This document shows positions 12,877 through 22,946 of a DNA stretch of 64,000 bases, in pieces. The first letter of the stretch is position 1. Each line of letters begins with the position of its first letter. The notes under the pieces are model-generated. The model searched no databases, was not told the origin of the DNA, and saw only the letters and a list, made by a program, of their open reading frames with translations. Position numbers and translations under genes: made by a program. Source of the stretch: Macrostomum lignano (Eukaryota); the NCBI GenBank assembly GCA_002269645.1, contig NIVC01000003.1:310001-374000 (forward strand), written 5' to 3'.

Positions 12877-15800
12877 ATGCACTGCTACGACTCCTCGGAT
12901 CCCGAAGTCTTTGATACAGAGTCGCCAGTGCTGGTATACGAGCCGCAGTCGCACGCCACCCCGGTGCGGGAGGCTGCGGCCGCTGCCGCTGTTGCTGCCC
13001 GGAGGTCGCGAGCTCAGCGACGGCGAAGGCACCGAGGCAACGCCGAAGACAAGGACGCCAGGGCCGGCTGCCTGACGGAAATTCTGTGGGACGATGTGCA
13101 GCGGGCAAAGGACCTGCTGCGGCTGAGCCGGCGGCGCAAGCAGGAGGTGCAGCTCGAGACTGCGGGCAGCGCGACTGCCTCTGGTGAGCTGGGCTGAGCA
13201 ATTGCAGAGGAGGGACAAGGTGATGGGGGTGAGCGGGGCAATCAAGCTTAGTTGGTTTTTCTGATGCTCCTCCTTGACAGCCACTCCCGCCCTGCGGCGT
13301 CTCAAGCGCCTCAACGGTCGTTCGGCCTCGCTGGACTCCCGGGCTGGTGGCGCCGCGACTCCGACTGCTGCGTCGGGTGCCATTGCCCATTCCACGACCG
13401 GCGATGCGATTGTCGAAGCCGAAGGTGGACGTCGGCTCGGCGAACTCCGGAGAATGCTGCGGGACCTGGTGTTGAACGACAGGCGGGCTGACAAGGTGAG
13501 CCTTCCTTCTTCCTCTCTTTGATCCCGGCTCTTCACCCAACCTTTCACTTCCGTCTTTAATCCGTACCACCATCTCCTCCCTCCCTTCCTCATTTCCTCT
13601 TTCCTTGCCTCTCTCCCTCCCTTCCCTACTTCTCTTTCCCTGTCTCGACCCTTTCACCCCCTCTCACCCTTCCTCTCTCTCCCTCCCTCTCTCCCTTTCC
13701 TTCCCTCTCTCCATTTCCTTCCCTTTCTCCCTCTCCCTCTCTCCCTCCCTCTCTCCCTCCCTCTCTCCCTCCCTCTCTCCCTCCCTCTCTCCCTCCCTCT
13801 CTCCCTCCCTCTCTATCTCCCTCTCTATCTCCCTCTCTCCCTCTCTCCCTCTCTCCCTCTCTCCCTCTCTATCTCCCTCCCTCTCCCTCACTCCCTGTCT
13901 TCGTCCCTCTCTCCCTTCCTCTTTTTTCTAGTGGCTCTCCTCTGCACACGCAGTTCTTTATTTTCTCCCTACATCTTAATCTCCGTAGTTCTGTCTCATC
14001 TCCCTCTTCAATTCGTGCTGTTTTGATTCGAATTGTCTTGTCAATAATCGCAATCATTCCCAGGCTGCTACACCAAATTTGATTAATTGGATTTTTCACG
14101 TATTCTCTAAGCAAACTTGAATATGAAGGCTCTTTGCAAGGCGGGGTCGCTCAATATATTTCTCGAACACAGAAGAGCCATCTGTCCAGCATCCCTCAAG
14201 TGGCGCGGAACTGAGTCGCCCAGCCTCACTCCGGCATCAAAAGTGTGCAAGCCCGTGGTGCTGTGTAATGCAAACACCGGAAGGCTGACCCGCGTATCTG
14301 AGCGGCAGCGCAACCCTCCATCACTCTCGCCCCAAGCCCTCAGTTGTCAATAATTTTTTTCCCGAGAAAGTTGACGCGCCACCCACTGCCTCGGCCAGGC
14401 TGGGTCTCGAATTTCTCGAAAATATGGTTCCATTTTTCGCCCCAACCCCCCATCTTGTCCACGTTCCGCCTAAAATCTTTAGAGCACTGTGGCGGAAGGG
14501 GAAGCCATATGTTGCACCAATGAAAGCAAAGCCTGGGCTTCCTGTCTCAATGAGTTTTCAATGAAAAAAATGCTAAATTCATCACCGTGTCGGCTTTTAT
14601 AGCATATGGCGACAGGAATTCCCCGAGGCTCCCTGCATCATACAGCCTCCAACTGAGCTCAAGTAATCTTCGGCTTGTCTTCCCTCTCACCCCGACACAC
14701 CCTCCCACTCCCACTCACCCTCTTTCACTCCCACTCACCCTCTTTCACTCCCACCCACCCTCCCACTCCCACTCACCCTCTTTCATTCCCACTTACCCTC
14801 TTTCATTCCCACTTACCCTCTTTCACTCCCACCCACCCTCCCACTCCCACTCACCCTCTTTCATTCCCACTTACCCTCTTTCACTCCCACTCACCCTCTT
14901 TCACTCCCACTCACCCTCTTTCACTCCCACCTACGCCCTCCCCGTCCTGACCGTCAATTATTCTCCGAAGTCTGATATCTCACTCCGGAATTATTTCAAA
15001 GGATATCACGCTCGCGCAACCTCCAAGGCCCCACGGTTAAGACAGCCTTGCCAAATTATACATTACTAGTGCTACTGATGAAATTAGGCCTGTTGCATGA
15101 TCAGGGCAGTAATGAAAGGTGAGATCGTAGATTTATAAGGGCTGTGGTCCGGTTTCATAATAATGCAGCATAACATGCATTATAAATTTTGATTTCGCGA
15201 CGAGTTTTCCAATTTTAATATATACTCGTATAATATTGGCCTAAAACAGAGCAATGACGCAATGGGATCAGTTGAGCAGATGCATGTATGCGGGCGCACT
15301 GCCTGAGAACTCGGATTCCACTCACATGCTGAGTTGTGCAACTAACACGCGGTTTCATTTGCACCTTTAAATTGCTAGACAATCCGCTCAGCGGGGGTGG
15401 AGGAGGCGGGCTGTCTATGGTCTATGGCCTATGGCCTATGGTCTATGGTCTATGGTCTATGGCCTATGGCCTATGGTCTATGGTCTATGGTCTATGGTCT
15501 ATGGCCTATGGCCTATGGTCTATGGTCTATGGTCTATGGTCTAATGGCCCATGGTCTGGATTAGTCTATGGTTGGTCTATGGATTGGTCTATGCTCTGTG
15601 GCCTGTGGTCTAATGGCCTATGGTCCATGGCCTATGGTCAGTGGCCTATGGTCTATGGTCTAATGGCCTATGGTCTAATGGCTTATCGTCTATGGTTCGT
15701 GAAGCCATCTCAACCCCCCATTCGTTAAATCTCCGATCCACAGAGTCTGCAGTCGCCGGCCTGCAACGCTTCCTCGGTTGGAGACGGCATCGAAGAGTCC

Positions 15801-18104
15801 TTCGAGCAGGTGGCGGCGCCGCGACTCCGCCAGGCTACGCAGTTCCCGCTGCCGGTGCGCCAGTCACCGGACTGCTGCGACGAAGCTGGCGACTGGGGCT
15901 TCGAGTCTGCTGAGGTTAGCTAAATTGTTTCTGTTCTGCTTGGTGAAACCAATGTGTTGCTTTTCGTTGTGGCATCCTGTGGCATCTTAGGGCATATTGT
16001 GGCATATTGTGGCATCCTGTGGCATCTTGGGGCATCTTGTGGCATCTTGGGACATCTTAGGGCATCTTGTGGCATCTTGGGGCATCTTGGGGCATCTTGT
16101 GGCATCTTGGGGCATCTTGGGGAATCTTGTGGCATCTTGGGGCATCTTGGGACATCTTAGGGAATCTTGTGGCATCTTGGGGCATCTTGGGACATCTTAG
16201 GGCATCTTGTGGCATCTTGGGGCATCTTGGGGCATCTTGTGGCATCTTGGGGCATCTTGGGGCATCTTGTGGCATCTTGGGGCATCTTGGGGCATCTTGT
16301 GGCATCTTGGGGCATCTTGGGGCATCTTGTGGCATCTTGGGACATCTTGTGGCTTCTTGGGGCATCTTGTGGCATCTTGTGGCATCTTGGGGCATCTTGG
16401 GACATCTTGTGGCTTCTTGGGGCATCTTGGGGCATCTTGTGGCATCTTGTGGCATCTTGGGGCATCTTGGGGCATCTTGTGGCATCTTGGGGCATCTTGG
16501 GGCATCTTGTGGCATCTTGGGGCATCTTGGGACATCTTGGGGCATCTTGGGGCATCTTGGGGCATCTTGGGGCTTCTTGGGGCATCTTGGGGCATCTTGG
16601 GGCATCTTGGGGCATCTTGGGGCATCTTGGGGCATCTTGGGGCATCTTGGGGCATCTTGGGGTATCTTGTGGCATCTTGGGGCATCTTGGGGCATCTTGG
16701 GGCATCTTGGGGCTTCTTGGGGCATCTTGTGGCATCTATGCTTGCCAGGTGTGACAGCTAAATGTTCGAAAGTGCAAAAATGTGTAAAGATTGGTTCAGA
16801 ACCAGAGCATAAGCAATGTGCTTTTATTTCCATGATTTCCATGTGTCAGATTCACAAAATAACTCAGCTTCATAACATTGCCAACTTTATCGAAATAGAT
16901 TAGCTGCTCATAAATTATTGAGAATTTTTATGTGTCACTCCCTTGTCTCCGCTGTTGCCTGGCCTAACAGAAGCTGTGATTGGATTTCCAGAATCCCGCT
17001 CAGCGTCTCCTTGATCCGTGTGATCGAGTGTCCCGATAACGCATCTGGGGGTTTGGGTTGTCCGCTTCTTTCCCTCTAGATTTGCTTATCCGCTGGCAGA
17101 TCGCAGATCCCCTCTTCCCCTATTATGTCTGATCCCCCGCCCAGCCCATGCCGAGATAGCCAACCTGCCGAGTTTATTTTGCTAATTCCACCCGAGATCC
17201 CTTATCTCAGGCCAGTCAGTCATGCCGGGTTCCCGCATACCAAATTCTTTCCAGCTCCGCCAACTGGAAGACGAGGCGGCCGTGCAGGCGGCCCTGGTGG
17301 CGGCCAACCGGCGGCTTCTCAGCGAGTGCCCCGCCGGCCGCCTGGCCGCCCGGATGAAGCGGCGCCGGACGCTGGAATTCGCCAAATCCCAGGAAAAGGT
17401 AGATTTTTAATGAAACTTTTTTCTCTCTACTCTGAGTAGCATGATTTGAGTTAAGTTTGATTCGTTACCTGTTTCCTGTAACAGCTTAGACTGCTGAATA
17501 TGCGACTCGCGGAGATTCGAACTCGGGACCTCCAGCCGCCGGTGTCGCTACCGCCCCTCGAGACCCTGCCGGACCTGGTGGCAGACACCAGCTGCGGCCT
17601 GTCGCTCTGCTCCCTCAACAGTTTGGCTGTCAAGGAGCCGCCCCGAGACGCCGAGGCCGCTGCTGACTCTGCCAACTCTCCCAGGTAGGCATTTGCACCT
17701 GACGCTGACCGTAACTCATTCTGTGTGCGGTTTTTCAGGTCTAGTGTTAGAATCCCCACAGCTTCACAATAATCCCCATAGCTTCGCAATAATCCCCATA
17801 GCTTCACAATAATCCCCATAGCTTCACAATAATCCCCATAGCTTTACAATAATCCCCATAGCTTCACAATAATCCCCATAGCTTCACAATAATCACCATA
17901 GCTTCAAAACAATCCCCATGCCCACGATGCCACTTCACCCGCTGCAGGCAGCTGCGCAAATTCTCCTCCCTGACGTCATCGTCTTCCGCGGCGTCAGCAA
18001 AGCCCCTGCCGCCCACCGGCGCCGCCCCCGGCGGGATCAGCCACGCCGGCAGCCAGGACTCTGGTTTCCTGGAAATCGCAGCCCTCCCGGACCTCCGTCA
18101 CTGA
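12877..18104 (+). CDS. Uncharacterised coiled-coil/low-complexity protein with a CUPID (FRMD4/CCDC120/INAVA-type)-like segment
   Basis: Exons 12877-13183, 13281-13495, 15744-15914, ~17216-17398, 17485-17684, 17948-18104; GT-AG, phases consistent. The exon-4 acceptor is ambiguous. LRQLEDEAAVQAALVAANRRLLSE..KRRRTLEFAKSQEKLRLLNMRL resembles the second helix pair of CUPID. Gene structure is better supported than the family call. Confidence 0.7.
13600..13920. repeat. CT-rich microsatellite (CTCTCCCTCC)n, intronic
   Basis: Direct repetition. Confidence 0.9.
14685..14935. repeat. 20-bp minisatellite (ACTCACCCTCTTTCACTCCC), intronic
   Basis: Direct repetition. Confidence 0.9.
15413..15695. repeat. 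7-bp repeat (TATGGTC/TATGGCC), intronic
   Basis: Direct repetition. Confidence 0.9.
15968..16737. repeat. 10-bp repeat (GGCATCTTGG/GGCATCTTGT), intronic
   Basis: Direct repetition; source of the MPQDAPRCPK pseudo-ORFs. Confidence 0.97.
17748..17918. repeat. 20-bp minisatellite (AATAATCCCCATAGCTTCAC), intronic
   Basis: Direct repetition. Confidence 0.92.
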
Positions 18105-18631
18105 GGGCCCGCCGGACTCGAAATTCGCTGCTGCAAAGTTTTTGTATCGACAACTTGTTTTTTGTCTGCTTTGTGCTTCAATGCCTACTTGAATTTGAAA
18201 GTAGTATATTATCACCTGCTTTACTGTATTTCACTTTGTTAACGTCCGATGGATCTGCAACATTAGCTGCTATATATTCATATATTCTTTACACAATCGC
18301 TGCATATTGTACATAGTCAACATGCACTGCCGAGCTCTGCTATTTCTGATTTCGCCCTTTGCACCCGCCCCAACACCCCGCAAGAATGCGTTCTGACTCT
18401 GAATAAATACCTGCCCTTGGATTCTAAGCACAATGGGAGCTCTGCTTCTTTGGGAGCTGGCTGACAGCTCATTTTGTTAGTGCTCAGATTGCTAAAATCC
18501 ATTTGTCTTGAAGATATTCGTTTACTTATTCACATACGTGCCTTTGAGCATGAAAACAGACCGTTTAGATTTTTAAATGCACCCACACTCACAGAGCTTC
18601 TCTTCTGTTCTGTATGTTCTGTTCACAACTC

Positions 18632-19195
18632 ATAGACTCCGAGGCAGGGACATGGACTCAGAGGCTTCGAGGCAGGGACATGGACTCAGAGGCTCCGAGG
18701 CAGGGACATGGACTCAGAGGCTCCGAGGCAGGGACATGGACTCAGAGGCTCCGAGGCAGGGACATGGACTCAGAGACACTCGCAGATGCAGGGACATGGA
18801 CTCAGAGACACTCGCAGATGCAGGGACATGCACTCAGAGACACTCACAGATGCAGGGACATGCACTCAGAGACACTCGCAGATGCAGGGACATGCACTCA
18901 GAGACACTCGCAGATGCAGGGACATGGACTCAGAGACACTCGCAGATGCAGGGACATGCACTCAGAGACACTCACAGATGCAGGGACATGCACTCAGAGA
19001 CACTCGCAGATGCAGGGACATGCACTCAGAGACACTCGCAGATGCAGGGAAATGCATTCAGAGACACTCACAGATGCAGGGACATAGACTCAGAGACACT
19101 CACAGATGCAGGGACATGCACTCAGAGACACTCGCAGATGCAGGGACATGCACTCAGAGACACTCGCAGATGCAGGGACACTCAGAGGACACTCA
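18632..19195. repeat. Compound array: ~28-bp units grading into 32-bp units (CAGGGACATGCACTCAGAGACACTCGCAGATG)
   Basis: Direct repetition; both unit types share CAGGGACATG.ACTCAGAG. Confidence 0.93.
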
Positions 19196-19547
19196 GGCAG
19201 GCAAGCAGGGCTAAAAATAGATATAATTTACGCCTAATGCCGCTGGAAGTGGGCGGCTGGAAGTGGGCGGCGGGGGACGGGAGAGCCGCGGCCAATGACT
19301 CAGCCGTGACTCATTCAGCGAATGCTCGGCAGGAATCTTCGGCATGGAGAGGGGGTGTGGGTGAAAGAGAAAAATGCCGGGCAATGGAGGGTGTGAGTTA
19401 CTATATACATTCTAGTGCACATTCATTCGTGTACATTCTTTGACGTATTTTCGTGCTCTCTTGAAACGAATGCCCGACAGGCCGTTTATTTACAACGCAC
19501 AAGTTCGAAGGTCCAGCAATTTGAATTTTCAAACTGTGCAGTGTGGC

Positions 19548-21661
19548 ATGGAGCAGGGCGACTCTGCCTACGAATTCCTGCACGACTGGTGGCACCACAG
19601 CGACCTGCAGGCGCAGTTCATCACCCTGCTGGTGGTGGCCGCTGCCGTGTACCTCTTCAGGATGCTGTTCGGCAGGCAGGAGGTGTACATCCACTGCGGC
19701 GGCGTCACCGAGGCAGAGTGCTGCCACTCGGCCAATCCGGACAGGCCACTGCCCGGCAGTCTGGCCAAATTCCCCTCCAATCCGGACAGATTTCGGACAC
19801 TCAACGAGGTCAAGGACGCCCTGCGCAAGGCCGGCCTGGAGTCTGCGAACCTCATCTTTGGCATCGACTTCACGGCCAGCAACAACTTCCAGGTGGGCCG
19901 TCAGAAAGCAGCTTCGGCCGTGCCATGTACATGAGTAGCATATACCGGTTGTACATGAGTAGCATATACCGGTTGTACATGAGTAGCATGTACCGGTTGT
20001 ACATGAGTAGTATGTACCGGTTGTAGCTCGTACATGAGTAGCATGTACCGTTTGTACATGAGTAGCATGTACCGGTTGTACATGAGTAGAATGTACAGGT
20101 TGTACAAGACCGAACTGAACTTAAAATATACAATTGAAGCCCCATTCTGGTACTAATAGGACCATTCTGGTACTAATAGGACCATTCTGGTACAAGAACT
20201 GCTCTGCTGCGGTGCAGGAACCATGCCGCATACTCCAAGCTTTTAGATATGAAGCACTTATTCAGCCTCTCCGAGTCTCTCCATCCCTAACCTACTTCCC
20301 AACCTTGCGGTTGCTAGGGCGCTGAGAGCTTCGGCGGCAGGAGCCTTCACGACCTGCACAGCGGTGGCCTGAACCCGTACCAGAGCGTCATCATCACCTT
20401 GGGCGAGACCATGGAGACCTTCCAGACTGACTGCGACGGCCACATCCCCGCCTTCGGCTTCGGCGACTTCCGCTACAAGAATGGCGCGGTGTTCCCGCTG
20501 GGTACCGAAGACACCTGCTGCGGATTCCAGGTAGCTGGGGGGGGCACTGGGGACACCTGCTGCGGATTCCAGGTAGCTTGGGGCACCCAGAACTCACTCT
20601 GGATTCACTCTGGACTCACTCTGGACTCACTCTGGACTCACTCTGGACTCACTCTGGACTCACTCTGGACTCACTCTGGACTCACTCTGGACTCACTCTG
20701 GACTCACTCTGGACTCACTCTGGACTCACTCTGGACTCACTCTGGACTCACTCTGGACTCACTCTGGACTCACTCTGGACTCACTCTGGACTCACTCTGG
20801 ACTCACTCTGGACTCACTCTGGACTCACTCTGGACTCACTCTGGACTCACTCTGGACTCACTCTGGACTCACTCTGGACTCACTCTGGACTCACTCTGGA
20901 CTCACTCTGGACTCACTCTGGACTCACTCTGGACTCACTCTGGACTCACTCTGGACTCACTCTGGACTCACTCTGGACTCACTCTGGACTCACTCTGGAC
21001 TCACTCTGGACTCACTCTGGACTCACTCTGGACTCACTCTGGACTCACTCTGGACTCACTCTGGACTCACTCTGGACTCACTCTGGACTCACTCTGGACT
21101 CACTCTGGACTCACTCTGGACTCACTCTGGACTCACTCTGGACTCACTCTGGACTCACTCTGGACTCACTCTGGACTCACTCTGGACTCACTCTGGACTC
21201 ACTCTGGACTCACTCTACCCCCTCGCTGCCCCGTCTCTCGCAGGGAGTCTTCAAGGCCTACTGCGCCCGCGCCCTCAGCGCCCAGTTCAGCGGGCCAACA
21301 AACTTCGCGCCCCTGATTGAGAAGGCGGTGCAAATCTGCCGGGCCACCGGCTCCTACCACATCCTGGTGATCGTGGCTGACGGGCAGGTCGTGTGCGAGC
21401 GCGAGACGGTGGAGGCCATCGAGATGGCGTCCCTGTGGCCGCTGAGTATCATCACTATTGGTGAGCAATAAATCAGTCAGTCAGTCAGCCAATCAGTTAA
21501 TCAGTCAGCCAATCAACCAATAAATCAAATAATTACAACATTTATAAGTTATTCAATAAAAAAATCTATAAATCTATAAATTTATAAATCTTTAAATTCA
21601 TCAATCACTACAACTATAAATCAATCAGTCAGTCAGGCAGCCAATAGCTCGTAAATGAATA

Positions 21662-21703
<42 letters not shown>

Positions 21704-21916
21704 GGTGTCGGAGACGGCCCCTGGGACATGATGGTGGAATTCGACAAGCAGTTGCCACAGCGCCAGTTTGACAATTTCCGGTTCGTGAACTATCACGCCA
21801 CGGTCAGCGAGAACCGGCACAACCCGGAGATCGCCTTCGCGGTGGCGGCACTGATGGAGATCCCCGACCAGTACACCATCATCAGGAGGCTGGGGCTGCT
21901 GGACCCGCGAGACTGA
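19548..21916 (+). CDS. Copine-family vWA-domain protein (RGLG/CPNA-like) with an N-terminal transmembrane helix, ~328 aa
   Basis: Exons 19548-19892, 20318-20530, 21244-21460, 21705-21916; phases 0, 0, 1. Motifs [95 protein letters not shown]. Hydrophobic [18 protein letters not shown] near the N-terminus. Confidence 0.92.
19925..20105. repeat. 24-bp minisatellite (TGTACATGAGTAGCATGTACCGGT), copine intron 1
   Basis: Direct repetition. Confidence 0.92.
20590..21216. repeat. Near-perfect 11-bp array (CTGGACTCACT), copine intron 2
   Basis: Homogeneous repetition. Confidence 0.98.
21472..21703. repeat. (TCAG)n/(AATC)n microsatellites, copine intron 3
   Basis: Direct repetition. Confidence 0.85.
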
Positions 21917-22015
21917 AACCCCGGCCGTGCTGCCCGCTTTCCCCTCTCCACTCCCTGCCGTTCGATCTCAAATTTGCTATCCAGTCAGCGTTGCAAGGAG
22001 CTTTTTCGCAGGGTC

Positions 22016-22560
22016 CCTGTCACTCGGTCTCTGTCACTCGGTCTCTGTCACTCGGTCTCTGTCACTTGGTCTCTGTCACTCGGTCTCTGTCACTCGGTCT
22101 CTGTCACTCGGTCTCTGTCACTCGGTCTCTGTCACTCGGTCTCTGTCACTCGGTCTCTGTCACTCGGTCTCTGTCACTCGGTCTCTTTCACTCGGTCTCT
22201 GTCACTCGGTCTCTGTCATTCGGTCTTTTTCACTCGGCCTCTGTCACTCGGTCTCTGTCACTCAGTCTCTGTCACTCGTTCTCTATCCCTCGGTCTCTAT
22301 CCCTCGGTCTCTGTCACTCAGTCTCTGTCACTCGGTCTCTGTCCCTCGGTCTCTGTCACTCGGTCTCTGTCCCTCGGTCTCTGCCACTCGGTCTCTGTCA
22401 CTCGGTCTCCGTCACTCGGTCTCTGTCACTCGGTCTCTGTCCCTCGGTCTCTGTCACTCCGTCTCTGTCACTCCGTCTCTGTCACTCGGTCTCCGTCACT
22501 CGGTCTCTGTCCCTCGGTCTCTTTCCCTCGTTCTCTGTCCCTCGGTCTCTGTCACTCAGT
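22016..22560. repeat. 14-bp minisatellite (GTCACTCGGTCTCT)
   Basis: Direct repetition. Confidence 0.96.
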
Positions 22561-22946
22561 TCCCGTCAAACCAGTCAGTCACTCAGAAAGCTTGTCACTA
22601 CCTGTATTTATTCATTGTACATCGCTATTTTTTTCGCAACAAGTAATAAACTCAGCAAGAAATTGAAATCTGAATCGCTGCAGAGTTTCTGGTTCTATCT
22701 AAAAATAATCTGCCTCAAGAAATAAGTGTACGGGGAGAAAAAAACACAAGCAATATTAGTCTACTATGCGCTCAATTTCCTACTGCAAGTAGAAATAGCA
22801 GATTTGTGCGTTTGAAATTCTCTCAGAACGAGAGAAAGAATGCGAATGCAAATCAATTGCGCTCAACAGTTGGAGTGGAAATGAATCGGTGTTTAAAAAA
22901 TAATTACTCTATTAGTTTCGCTACCGAACCCAGAAAACTCCAGGCC

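Noticed and set aside
15920-16903. Long ORFs of MPQDAPRCPK / GILGHLGASW repeats
   Set aside because: Translations of a 10-bp intronic array that is open in several frames on both strands; no unique coding sequence.
20399-21471. 300-aa ORFs with [11 protein letters not shown] repeats fused to copine sequence
   Set aside because: Read-through of copine intron 2; GT-AG splicing restores the contiguous vWA domain.
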